From: a virus
Lineage: Duplodnaviria; Caudoviricetes
IMG/VR virus record: IMGVR_UViG_3300038443_002533
Span: 64,001 to 128,000 of that record
Reading direction: 5' to 3' (one strand)
Length of the DNA: 64,000 bases
Shown here: positions 9,817-19,218 of the stretch, one piece after another
How the letters are laid out: each line of letters begins with the position of its first letter
Position numbering within the stretch: position 1 is the stretch's first letter
Translations under genes and position numbers: made by a program
Notes under the pieces: generated by a model
Told to the model about the DNA's origin: nothing
What the model saw: the letters and a program-made list of their open reading frames with translations, nothing else
Database searches by the model: none

Positions 9817-9838
9817 GGCCCTGGGGTAACCTAGGGCC
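9817..9838 (+). terminator. GNRA-loop hairpin between picA and the next gene
   Basis: GGCCCTGGG-GTAA-CCTAGGGCC; no T-tract. Confidence 0.45.
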
Positions 9839-9861
9839 GCTTATAAGAAAAGGGAAACAAC

Positions 9862-11184
9862 ATGAGTGACAAACATGACATGTTCGATGTCTACCGTTCG
9901 CTGCTGAAGCTGGCGCGGATGGAAACCACCGTCGAAGGCTTCGTGCGGATGGAGATCGAGCCGGGGGAATACATCCCTGTCACCGCCAAGGACCGCAAGC
10001 TGGTGGTACTGCCGCTGGATGAACGGCTGCGTGACATCAAAGTCAGTGACTACGAAGTCTTCCACCTGCTGCGTGAAAACGGCCCGAAGGATTCCGACCT
10101 GCTGTCGCGCTATCGCCACTGGCTGATCAACCGCTTCAACCTGGTGATCGGCGGCCTGGGCACGGTGATCCTGAAGTTCGTCGCCGACAAGGAAATCACC
10201 AAGCGCCTGTCGCCGCATCAGAAAGACTTCCTGGAAATGGTGGTGGATGTCGACAAAGGTTCGCTCGATCGCTGGAACGCCCTGGCCGAAGTGGCAGCCA
10301 AGCCGAACCAAATTCAACAAGTCTTCGTCTCGCTGTACCTGCGCCAAGCGGCAGTGCTGAAGGGTCAAAGCTACCACCGCGTGGCCACGGTCAACTTCCC
10401 GTTCTACGATGAGCTGGTGAAACTGGACGCTGAAGCGCAGGAATACAAGACCGCCCCGAAGACCAAGAAGCCGCCCAAGCCGTCCGATGAAATCTTCGGG
10501 TGCGAAGTCAAGGTCAAGGATCGTGAACCGTTCCTCGGCCTGATGCGCTACCTGGTCCCGAGCCTGGATCTCCCGCATCAGTACGATGTCGGTTCCAACT
10601 CGCCGATCAGCCCGAGCCTGGACGCCATGATGCGCGCATGGTTGCCGCTCGCCAGCCACCTGAATGCGATCATCGAACGGCTCACCAAGGTGGACCCGGA
10701 AGCGGATCGGATCCTGGATGGCCTGATGCTGGATCTGAGCTGGGCGCCGGCGTTCGAAAACCTCGACGCCATGTGGCACCAAATCCGTTCGATCCCGCTG
10801 CAAGCCACGGGCGTCATCAACGAACCGCCACCGGAAGCGCTCGACCCGCGTAAGCGTGTTCAAGCACAGCCTGCGGCGCCCGTCACGGCCAGCTACCCGG
10901 CCAACAGCGCACCGTGGGATCCGCAACCGGCACCGGCCTACCAGCCGGCACCGAGCTACGGCGTGCCGTATGGCGGCCAACCGGCACCGAGTGGCGGCAG
11001 TGGTCAGATGTCGGTGAATGACCTGAACCGCATGCTGGGTGGTGGTCGTTCGGCTGCACCGTACCAAGCACCGCCGCAGCAAGCGTACTACCCGGGCCAA
11101 CCGGCCTACAGCACCGGCTACTCGCAACCGAGTTATCCGAACAACGGTGGCTACCCGCCCCCGAACGTACCGCGCCGTTATTGA
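9862..11184 (+). CDS. Conserved core protein (phiKZ gp70-like) with Pro/Tyr/Gln-rich C-terminal tail
   Basis: 440 aa, follows picA; last ~110 aa are low-complexity P/A/Y/Q/G. Confidence 0.7.
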   Translation: MSDKHDMFDVYRSLLKLARMETTVEGFVRMEIEPGEYIPVTAKDRKLVVLPLDERLRDIKVSDYEVFHLLRENGPKDSDLLSRYRHWLINRFNLVIGGLGTVILKFVADKEITKRLSPHQKDFLEMVVDVDKGSLDRWNALAEVAAKPNQIQQVFVSLYLRQAAVLKGQSYHRVATVNFPFYDELVKLDAEAQEYKTAPKTKKPPKPSDEIFGCEVKVKDREPFLGLMRYLVPSLDLPHQYDVGSNSPISPSLDAMMRAWLPLASHLNAIIERLTKVDPEADRILDGLMLDLSWAPAFENLDAMWHQIRSIPLQATGVINEPPPEALDPRKRVQAQPAAPVTASYPANSAPWDPQPAPAYQPAPSYGVPYGGQPAPSGGSGQMSVNDLNRMLGGGRSAAPYQAPPQQAYYPGQPAYSTGYSQPSYPNNGGYPPPNVPRRY

Positions 11185-11196
11185 TCGTTAACACGG

Positions 11197-11242
11197 CATA
11201 AGACCAACACAACCTTCGCGGGTTGTGTTGGTTTTTCTTATG
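11197..11242. terminator. Bidirectional stem-loop flanked by CATA and TATG
   Basis: 11-bp stem 11204-11214/11221-11231 between convergent genes. Confidence 0.8.
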
Positions 11243-11291
11243 GGCTGTTCTTTTTTCTCTGTAAGGCATTAAAAAAGATTCATGACATGTA

Positions 11292-11627
11292 TTAGTTGAT
11301 CTTCGGCAGCACTTGGTTCGCTTGCGCGATTTGATCAATCGTGGTGAAGTTCGGCACCAGAATTGCCAACGTATCTTCGGTGAATTGCACCGGCGAGCTA
11401 TACTGGTTCAAACGCAAAATGATCCAGTGGTACTTGCGCGCATACCCACGTCCATCCAACAACCCAAAGAAATCCCCTCGCCACTGATACGCCTCATCCG
11501 GATTGATAATCACCAAGGTACTGTATTGCTCGCGCAGATACGTCATGTGGTCTTCCAACACATTACGAAATGCCGGGTCGTAAAACTTATCTTCCCCCGC
11601 ATCCACCATCAAGTCTGTCAACGCCAT
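11292..11627 (-). CDS. Conserved small protein, LysM/tail-X/T4 gp53-like
   Basis: 111 aa; GDFFGLL...YHWIILRLNQYSSP resembles LysM-type baseplate proteins; SD GAGGTGA. Confidence 0.55.
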   Translation of the reverse strand: MALTDLMVDAGEDKFYDPAFRNVLEDHMTYLREQYSTLVIINPDEAYQWRGDFFGLLDGRGYARKYHWIILRLNQYSSPVQFTEDTLAILVPNFTTIDQIAQANQVLPKIN

Positions 11628-11656
11628 TTCTCACCTCGTATGCATTAAAAAGTTTC

Positions 11657-11673
11657 AAGCCTATATCACTAAA
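11657..11673 (+). promoter_or_regulatory. Candidate phage-RNAP promoter AAGCCTATATCACTAAA
   Basis: Second copy of the 6357 motif, in an AT-rich intergenic region. Confidence 0.55.
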
Positions 11674-11730
11674 TAGTAGGCCACTCGCCTCATAAGTAAC
11701 AAAAACATTATCCATTAACAAAGGATACGT

Positions 11731-13938
11731 ATGGCTTCATGGGATATTAAACCGTCGTACTACGAACCGAACCAACATTTCCCGCAAGGCGAAAGCATCA
11801 TGGCGATCAATGCGTTTAACGCGGCGATCTCGGCTTCTCGTAAACAAATGTATGGTAACAACCTCGGTCAAATCGTGGTCGTGGATGGGATTCAAGAACG
11901 CATCATTCAAACCGGGTTGGACACCGCACTGGCGAAGACCACGTTCGCACAGCGGATGCCGGTCAAAGGGATTGTCCGCGGGGTGTTTCACCGCTATCCC
12001 AAGAAAGTGGGGGTGGAAGAATTCAAGACCAACCCGCCGGAAACCGTGGTGATCTTCGAAGCCACTGAGCAAGACTCGCCGTACGAATACGGCATGGTCA
12101 GCATCACCGACTACAGCACCTACCACCCGTATCTGGGCTTTAGTTACGTGGATCGCGGCATGGGTAAGATCCGCCTGGGGGAAGAGATCGAACGAAACCA
12201 CGTGTTCCGTGACTCGCCCGGGGTCAAGAAAGACATCGACGACCCATCCCCGCACAGCGATTACGCCTTCAGCGTCACGATCAACGTGGCCATGATGGGC
12301 TTGCCCGATGTGGCTGAGGACGGCATCGTGGTGGCGCGCTCGGCGCTGAAGAAGTTTGGCTTCAGCACGTTCGAGCGTCATGTGGTGGAATTCGGCCAAA
12401 ACAAGTTTCCGCTGAACTTGTACGGCGACGATGAGAACTACAAGATCTGCCCGAACATCGGCGAGCGCATCAATCCCGATGGCGTGCTGATGGCCCTGCG
12501 CACTTACCGCGAAGACTTGGCGATTGCTGAGATGAGCGTGAAGGCGTGCCAACGCATCGACTTCATGTTCGATGAAAAGGTCTGCGCGGATGGCGAAGTG
12601 ATCGACATCAAAGTGCACCACGATTACAACACCGGGATCATGGGCACCCCGGTCCAGATGGAGGAACAACCCAAGCGCTACGACAATGGCCGGCGTGAAT
12701 TCTTGAAAGGGATTTATGACTGGTGGCAAAACATCCGCTACCAGCATCGGCCGCGGGAACCGATCCTGCAACCGAAGCTGCACAACCTGATCATCGAAGC
12801 GATCTCGGTGCTGACCCCGCACCATGACAACAACACGGTGGTGAAAGTCCACAAGAAGACCCGGATTGATGATTACCGCATGGAATTCACGATCAAGAAC
12901 AAGATCATCCCCAACATGGGGAACAAGTTCACGGATCTGTTCGGTGGTAAAGGGGTGGTGGTCTCCATCTGGGAAGATGAAGACATGCCGGTGGATGCCG
13001 ATGGCAATCGGGCCGAGATGATCTTCGACCAAGCGGCGGTGAATAACCGCATGATTCCAGGACGCTTGTACGAACACATCATCAATGGTGCCGCGCGTGA
13101 CATGTATAAACAAGTCGTGCGCATCCTCGGCGTGCAAGACCGGCAACGGCGTGCGCCGATGATGCAAGAACTCATGCGCGTGCAGAAGGAACGGCCGCAG
13201 GATTTGTCGCGGGCTTGGGAATATCTGCTCGGGTTCTACGACATCACGGTGCCAAAACAAGCGGCGGTGTTCCGGGAAGGCCGGTACGACTCGACCCCGA
13301 TCTCGCACCTGTCGTATATCCTGTCCAAAGGCTATACGGTGTTGTACATGCGCTCGGACCATGAACTGGAACTGAAGAACATGGTGGCTGACATCCAGCG
13401 TCAGTATCCGCCGACCTTCGGCCCGGTCACGTACCGCACGACCTCGGGGGAATTCGAGACCACGGTCGAACCGATCCGCATCGCACCGTTGTCGATCATC
13501 ATGCTGGAAAAGATCGCGGACAGCTGGTCAGCAGTGGCGTCGGCACGCCGGCAACACGCGGGGGTGCAAGCGACGCTCTCGAATGCTGACAAGTATTCGG
13601 AACGGATCCGCATGCAACCCACCAAGGCCTATGGTGAATCGGAAATCCGTATCGTGATTTCGTACTCGGGTACCCTCACGGCAGCGGAAATCCTCGACCG
13701 CAACAACAGTGTCGAATCGCATAAAGCCATGTGCTGGAGCATCTTCGAGGCCGAGTCGCCAACCCGCATCATCCAGGCGGTGGATCGCAATGTGATTTCG
13801 CTCGATGGTTCGCGCAGTCTGCAAACGGTCAACCACGTGTGGGCCTGTGCGGGTTACGAGATGGCGTGGGAGCCGTATCGTCCGACCCATCCGGCGAATC
13901 TGAACTACTACATCGACAACCAACCAAAAGCCGCGTAA
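11731..13938 (+). CDS. Non-virion RNA polymerase beta subunit, C-terminal part (phiKZ gp71-73-like), uninterrupted
   Basis: AEDGIVV and GNKFTDLFGGKGVV (GDK...KG) beta motifs; GESE near C-terminus. Confidence 0.9.
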   Translation: MASWDIKPSYYEPNQHFPQGESIMAINAFNAAISASRKQMYGNNLGQIVVVDGIQERIIQTGLDTALAKTTFAQRMPVKGIVRGVFHRYPKKVGVEEFKTNPPETVVIFEATEQDSPYEYGMVSITDYSTYHPYLGFSYVDRGMGKIRLGEEIERNHVFRDSPGVKKDIDDPSPHSDYAFSVTINVAMMGLPDVAEDGIVVARSALKKFGFSTFERHVVEFGQNKFPLNLYGDDENYKICPNIGERINPDGVLMALRTYREDLAIAEMSVKACQRIDFMFDEKVCADGEVIDIKVHHDYNTGIMGTPVQMEEQPKRYDNGRREFLKGIYDWWQNIRYQHRPREPILQPKLHNLIIEAISVLTPHHDNNTVVKVHKKTRIDDYRMEFTIKNKIIPNMGNKFTDLFGGKGVVVSIWEDEDMPVDADGNRAEMIFDQAAVNNRMIPGRLYEHIINGAARDMYKQVVRILGVQDRQRRAPMMQELMRVQKERPQDLSRAWEYLLGFYDITVPKQAAVFREGRYDSTPISHLSYILSKGYTVLYMRSDHELELKNMVADIQRQYPPTFGPVTYRTTSGEFETTVEPIRIAPLSIIMLEKIADSWSAVASARRQHAGVQATLSNADKYSERIRMQPTKAYGESEIRIVISYSGTLTAAEILDRNNSVESHKAMCWSIFEAESPTRIIQAVDRNVISLDGSRSLQTVNHVWACAGYEMAWEPYRPTHPANLNYYIDNQPKAA

Positions 13939-13988
13939 TTAACCCGCCTACCCCGCCCCCTCGGGGTAGGTTTCACTTTGATTAACAC

Positions 13989-16121
13989 ATGACGCAACCC
14001 ATGAAGAGAATCCCCGCCCGTTGTTTGCTTGACTTCAAAGCGGTGGACGTATGGAATGTCCTCGCTGGTGAATTCATTCTGGTGATGGATGACGGCGAAG
14101 AATTTGTAACCAACCATGTGGAGACGTGTTATAGCAGTTATGCTTGGGATTTCCATCGCAAGTACCGCAATACCCCACTGCTGGGGGAACACCACATCCG
14201 GGGCATCTTGAAGTTCGACCCCAAAACCAAGCTGCCTGGCCGGCTGTCGATCAAGTCCGATCTGGATTTGATCGGTAACTGCATGCTGGCCGCTTACGAC
14301 GCGTATCGTGACACCCCCAACCCGATCGACCGGGTGGTGCTGTGGAAGATGGCGTACGACATCGACAACTTCCAGTATTGCGATTTCATCAAACGGGCGG
14401 GCCGCTTCGTGGGCACCATCGATATCCTGCACTTCCATGAAGCCATGGATGATCCGGATATCTACGAAGCCAACCGGGCGGTGCAACGCGGTGAGATCCA
14501 CGTGCGTGAAGTGTACAAGGTCATCGACGATGTGTTCAAGAAGACCACGCGTCTGGCCCACAACCCGCTGGTGCGCGAGTATCGCTCGAAGCTGCTCAAG
14601 GAAACCCAGGTGCACCAAAACATCGGTCCCCGTGGTAACCCCACCGATATGAACTCGCGCATCTTCGGTCACACCATCCGCCGTGGTTACGTGGAAGGTA
14701 TCCGCAGTATCGCAGACTCGGCAATCGAAACCCGCTCGGCGGCACGCGCTTCGTATTACGCGGCCGAGTCGCTACGGATGTCCGAATACTTCTCGCGTAA
14801 GCTGCAATTCGTCTCGCAGAACGTGCGCAATATCCACCAGAACTGCGATTGCGGCTCGACCCGGTATCTGGCCTGGACGCTGCGCGACGCTAAGCGCGAT
14901 GAGTCGGGTGAGAAGGTCAAGGACAGCGATCTGGAGCTGCTCAACGGTAAGTACTATCTGGATGAATCCACCGGCAAGCTGAAGATATTGACCCCGCTGG
15001 ATTACCATCTGCTGGGACAAACCGTGCAGTTACGTACCACGTTGCACTGCGCCCATCCGGATCCGGCCGGCGTGTGCTCGACCTGCTTCGGGGAACTGGC
15101 GTTTAACGTGCCTCCAGAAGCGAATATCGGCCAGTGGTGCGCGACGACGATGGCAGAGCAAGCCACCCAAGCCCTGCTGTCGGCGAAGCACCTGGAGCGT
15201 TCTAGTGCGTTGGAGCGGATCGAGATCGACAAGCGGTACGAGCGGTATATCGCGGGCGGTACGGACAATTCATCGTACGTGCTGTCGAAAGATATCGAAG
15301 ACCACGATGTCAGCCTGATTTTCCTGCGCAACCAAGTGGAAAGTCTGCACGACATCAAGAACGTGGAGGACGTACGGCATCATCCTGAAAATCACTACAG
15401 TGAAATGACGGTGCTCAATATCCGGATCGCGGACTGGGTGCCGACGGACATGTTCGCCAGTTCCGTCAACAGCAAACAAAAGGTCAGCGCAGCTGACTTC
15501 GATGCGGTGGTGCCGGTCGGCGTGCAAGGCAGTCGGGAAGCGAGCTTGTCGTACGAGATGCTGGAATACATCCGGGATCACGGCTACAAGACGCTCCCGT
15601 CGACCTCGAAAGGCCCGAGCGGCAAGCAACGTGGTGAAGATCGTTATGAGGTGGATCTGACCCATTGGAATTGGGACGATCCAGTCTTGGTGATGCCTGC
15701 CAAGCACTTCAATAACTCGGACCACGTCGACGCTGTGGCAAGGATGTTGGAATCGCGGGTAGCTGAAATGAAAGCACGGGCACGGACGGAATCCGCGGAC
15801 ACGATGATCAAGGAACTGTTTGACTTCGTGAACCGGAAACTGAACGTGAACTTGTCGTGTCTGGAAGTGATTCTGTACGCGACGACAATCATCTCGGCTG
15901 AAACCAATGACTATAGCCTGCCCAAGCCTTGGACCACCTCGCAACCTTCGGTGTTGTCCATGACGATGAAAGGCCGTAGTTTGTCGGTGCTGTTCGCCTT
16001 CGAGAAGCAATACGAAGCGCTCAGCGATCCGGCCAGCTTCATCCACACCAACCGCTTTGACCATTTGTTTGACGGGATTTATACCCCGACCCAAGTCTTT
16101 GGTACTCCACAAACAACATGA
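13989..16121 (+). CDS. Non-virion RNA polymerase beta' C-terminal subunit (phiKZ gp74-like)
   Basis: Bridge-helix region SEYFSRKL; Zn ligands DCG...C...CSTCFG; trigger-loop region EQATQALLSAKH. Confidence 0.9.
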   Translation: MTQPMKRIPARCLLDFKAVDVWNVLAGEFILVMDDGEEFVTNHVETCYSSYAWDFHRKYRNTPLLGEHHIRGILKFDPKTKLPGRLSIKSDLDLIGNCMLAAYDAYRDTPNPIDRVVLWKMAYDIDNFQYCDFIKRAGRFVGTIDILHFHEAMDDPDIYEANRAVQRGEIHVREVYKVIDDVFKKTTRLAHNPLVREYRSKLLKETQVHQNIGPRGNPTDMNSRIFGHTIRRGYVEGIRSIADSAIETRSAARASYYAAESLRMSEYFSRKLQFVSQNVRNIHQNCDCGSTRYLAWTLRDAKRDESGEKVKDSDLELLNGKYYLDESTGKLKILTPLDYHLLGQTVQLRTTLHCAHPDPAGVCSTCFGELAFNVPPEANIGQWCATTMAEQATQALLSAKHLERSSALERIEIDKRYERYIAGGTDNSSYVLSKDIEDHDVSLIFLRNQVESLHDIKNVEDVRHHPENHYSEMTVLNIRIADWVPTDMFASSVNSKQKVSAADFDAVVPVGVQGSREASLSYEMLEYIRDHGYKTLPSTSKGPSGKQRGEDRYEVDLTHWNWDDPVLVMPAKHFNNSDHVDAVARMLESRVAEMKARARTESADTMIKELFDFVNRKLNVNLSCLEVILYATTIISAETNDYSLPKPWTTSQPSVLSMTMKGRSLSVLFAFEKQYEALSDPASFIHTNRFDHLFDGIYTPTQVFGTPQTT

Positions 16122-17698
16122 CATTAGCCATTGTCGTTGCGGCCACGCATCATTTCGTGGTCAGCAACGCTTCCATGGGGATCCGGGTCGCGTGTCAAGA
16201 ATTCTCACGCGGCCTGACCCAATTTGCGCGGACCTTTACCCGCAACGGACGAACGATCAAAAGTGGTGAGGACAAGCATTACGATGCCGCGACCGAGTCG
16301 CGTAATCGGGTTCGTTACCACATCAACCATCTGGAGGCTTTCAAGAAACTGTTATACCGGCATAACCTCGATGCCCCGGGGTTGATCCAATGGGAAACTG
16401 CCAAGCCGTATCTGGCCGACCACATGCACTTGGTGATCCGCTCCCATTTCATCCCAAGCGAACTGCAAGAAGAGGCCATCGCCTACATCTTGAGCGAAGA
16501 CAGCCCGACCACCAAAGCAGTGATCCTGCAAGCGGGTGGCGGCAAGACATTGCTGACGATGATGGCGGCGGCCAAGTACCGGCAACGCATGTGCATCATG
16601 CTGGAGCCGAAGTACATCGACCAGTGGCTCAAGGCGTTTGACGAAAACTGTATCATCGATAAGAAGCGGATCTGTGTGATCGGTGGTGACGTGAAAGGCG
16701 GCACCACCAACGCTCTGCGCTCGTTGCTAGAGATGGCAGAAGACGGCGGGCACATCCCGTACGATGTCATCATTGTCAGCACCGTGACATTCCGCGGGTA
16801 TATCGAAGCTTACGAAGCCTGCGGAAACGCGACCAAGTTGAAAGAAGAACATGGGTTCGTAGTCCCGCCCTATTTGTTTTTTCAACATTTGCGCATTGGC
16901 TTTCGCGTGATCGACGAAGTGCACGAGAACTTCAACCTGATGTTCCGGCTCGATTGCTATACCCACGTCAACAACGCAGTGTCGCTGTCAGCGACCTTGC
17001 AAAGTGACGACGCTTTTATCAACAACATGATGCGGATTGCGTATCCTCCGCACCAGCGCTTCGATAAAGGCGGGTTCAACAAGTACGTGCAAGCGTATTC
17101 GTTGCACTACAGCGTACGGCGGCCGCAAACGATCCGGACCTTGCAAAAGGGCATGGCGGCGTACTCGCACGTGGAGTTTGAAAAGAGCCTCATGAAGTCG
17201 AAGGAAATGCTGAATGCTTATTTCCAGATGACGCGCGATAGCTTGATCTACACGTACGACTTGGATTACCGCCAGGGCGATCGGTGTCTGGTGTATTTTG
17301 CCACCATCGAAATGTGCACGCTGTTCACCGAGTATATCGAGAAGCATTACAAACACCTCGATGTACGGCGGTTTGTCGGGGAAGATCCGTTTGAGAACCT
17401 GGTCACGGCCGATATCATTGTGTCGACTTTGAAGTCCGCCGGCACCGGTAAGGATATTCCCCAACTCACCACGGTCATCATGACCCCAGCGGTGAACAGT
17501 TCCCCCACGAACATCCAAGGCTTCGGGCGTCTGCGGGATTTGAATCGTAAAGATCCAAGTCTGGGGCGCAAGATGTACTTTGTGTATTTCGTGGGCGACG
17601 ACTTCGCCAAGCATCACGAGTACCATCAACGTAAGAAAGAGTTGTTGGCCACTCGCGCCTTGAAGTACGAGCCGCGTTACTACGGCACCATGATCTAA
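16118..17698 (+). CDS. SF2 (UvsW/DEAD-like) helicase
   Basis: AGGGKT, IDEVH, SAT, GTGKDIP, QGFGRLR motifs. Confidence 0.92.
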   Translation: MTLAIVVAATHHFVVSNASMGIRVACQEFSRGLTQFARTFTRNGRTIKSGEDKHYDAATESRNRVRYHINHLEAFKKLLYRHNLDAPGLIQWETAKPYLADHMHLVIRSHFIPSELQEEAIAYILSEDSPTTKAVILQAGGGKTLLTMMAAAKYRQRMCIMLEPKYIDQWLKAFDENCIIDKKRICVIGGDVKGGTTNALRSLLEMAEDGGHIPYDVIIVSTVTFRGYIEAYEACGNATKLKEEHGFVVPPYLFFQHLRIGFRVIDEVHENFNLMFRLDCYTHVNNAVSLSATLQSDDAFINNMMRIAYPPHQRFDKGGFNKYVQAYSLHYSVRRPQTIRTLQKGMAAYSHVEFEKSLMKSKEMLNAYFQMTRDSLIYTYDLDYRQGDRCLVYFATIEMCTLFTEYIEKHYKHLDVRRFVGEDPFENLVTADIIVSTLKSAGTGKDIPQLTTVIMTPAVNSSPTNIQGFGRLRDLNRKDPSLGRKMYFVYFVGDDFAKHHEYHQRKKELLATRALKYEPRYYGTMI

Positions 17699-17701
17699 CA
17701 G

Positions 17702-17728
17702 GGAGACACCTTCGGGTGTCTCTCTATG
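17702..17728 (+). terminator. UUCG stem-loop followed by TATG(C)
   Basis: GGAGACACC-TTCG-GGTGTCTCT; TATG 17725-17728. Confidence 0.75.
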
Positions 17729-17795
17729 CTGTGTAGGTTTTTATGGCTGTTCACGCGATTATTTATACATACAAGTATCCTAGAGGTGTGGTGGT

Positions 17796-18248
17796 ATGGC
17801 GCTTATTCAAACAACTCCAAAGCAATCCGGCACGGAAGGGCTACTGAAGATTTTACAAGTCATCACCGACGGCATTAAGCTGATGCAAGGCAATGTGTTG
17901 GTGGGACAATTCGCAGCGCGTAATGCGTTGTTCACCAAGTTGAGTTTATACCTGACCGACAACACCCATGACGCGATGGGAGAACGCAACGTCTTCATTC
18001 AAGATGTCCGCGGTCAAGTGTTGGTGGCGATCGGGCGTAACTGGTTGGACCGGTTTCCCTCCAATCAATGTCGCTCGTACCCCTTGACCAAGCTCGACCA
18101 AGCGGCCATGGACATTCGTGACTATTTGTTGTTTGGCCAACTGTTCGATCACGCACCCCGCTCTAACGATCTGTTGATTACCGCCTCCCGAATGGATGGC
18201 AAATATGCAGTCTTTGATATCCTCGCCACTTTCACGCCCACCGACTGA
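17796..18248 (+). CDS. Hypothetical protein
   Basis: 150 aa, SD GAGGTG, own AT-rich upstream region. Confidence 0.65.
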   Translation: MALIQTTPKQSGTEGLLKILQVITDGIKLMQGNVLVGQFAARNALFTKLSLYLTDNTHDAMGERNVFIQDVRGQVLVAIGRNWLDRFPSNQCRSYPLTKLDQAAMDIRDYLLFGQLFDHAPRSNDLLITASRMDGKYAVFDILATFTPTD

Positions 18249-18251
18249 GCG

Positions 18252-18302
18252 CATAGCCTCCCTACCCTTGCGGGTAGGGAGGGCGTATGCTGTCTTTTTT
18301 TC
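18252..18302. terminator. Bidirectional stem-loop flanked by CATA and TATG, plus T-tract
   Basis: 11-bp stem 18257-18267/18272-18282. Confidence 0.8.
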
Positions 18303-18311
18303 TTTGGTTTG

Positions 18312-18761
18312 TTACGAGCAATAAATCGTGATATTCATGCTCGACTCTTTCAGGAGTTCTTGCAGAACCGGTTTTACATCCCGATAGAAGTCCAGTCCTC
18401 CTTTACCACAACCCAACGCCGGTATCGCGACCGACTCGACCTGTGTCTGTTCACACCACGCGATGAACTTGAGTAAACCATCACGCACAATTGCCGTGGA
18501 AGAATCTTCCCACCAACGGCGCTTGGTGTGTAAACAATACACGGTGAAATCTTTCGTGGGAAATACAAACGGAACCATCTGTGCCGGTTCATGCTTCGCA
18601 CAGTGGCGACGGTAAGCGCTGAACAGTCCCGCTACCCGGTTACGAAAATAACGGGCCAAGCCATTGCCCATCACACCGGCAGCGTTGGTGGGACACACCA
18701 ACACCGCGGCGCCACTGGTGAACAAGTCACCCTTTTCGATATATCGGATTCCCACGGTCAT
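18312..18761 (-). CDS. Stand-alone macrodomain, DarG/TARG1 (Poa1p-like) ADP-ribosylhydrolase type
   Basis: GDLF...PTNAAGVMGNGLA...HTKRRW...AIPALGCGKGGL. Confidence 0.88.
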   Translation of the reverse strand: MTVGIRYIEKGDLFTSGAAVLVCPTNAAGVMGNGLARYFRNRVAGLFSAYRRHCAKHEPAQMVPFVFPTKDFTVYCLHTKRRWWEDSSTAIVRDGLLKFIAWCEQTQVESVAIPALGCGKGGLDFYRDVKPVLQELLKESSMNITIYCS

Positions 18762-19192
18762 CCTCCCCTTGTGCCCAGTTGACGTGCCAATGCTTCGGCT
18801 TCTTTCAGAGTATTGTCCGCTGCGCTATTTTTTAGCTTACGGCGTCGCTCTGCGACACGTCGGATCATTTGCATCTCATGGCGCGGGAGCGTGATGTAAT
18901 ACTCCCAGGTCATGTATTCAAAGATCTCTAGGTCCAGGAAATGCTCGAAGTGCTCCTCCAATTGGGTGCCCAAATAAGGATCTTCAGCATCGCGCATCTT
19001 ACACAACGACGCGGGGTTATGGTCTAACTCGGCTTCGGTGGCTAACCCGTAGCGCAGCAAGTACGCACGGTGCAGCAACAACGAAGCTTCGACAGCCGAT
19101 AACTTGCCAGGACGCGCTAGATACGGTTGGAGGGTCGCGATAAAGAATTCCACCATCCGGGTCGGTTCCTCGTTGAACTCGGCGCCGAACAT
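18758..19192 (-). CDS. Conserved hypothetical protein, possibly T4 gp51-like baseplate chaperone
   Basis: 144 aa, coupled to the upstream 544-aa gene; YITLPRHEMQMI followed by a coiled coil. Confidence 0.5.
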   Translation of the reverse strand: MFGAEFNEEPTRMVEFFIATLQPYLARPGKLSAVEASLLLHRAYLLRYGLATEAELDHNPASLCKMRDAEDPYLGTQLEEHFEHFLDLEIFEYMTWEYYITLPRHEMQMIRRVAERRRKLKNSAADNTLKEAEALARQLGTRGG

Positions 19193-19218
19193 CGGATGGA
19201 GGACATGGCTGATGACGT

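Noticed and set aside
11731-13938. Second intron in the nvRNAP beta subunit, as in phiKZ gp71-73
   Set aside because: ORF is continuous through the GNKF...KG motif with uniform GC.
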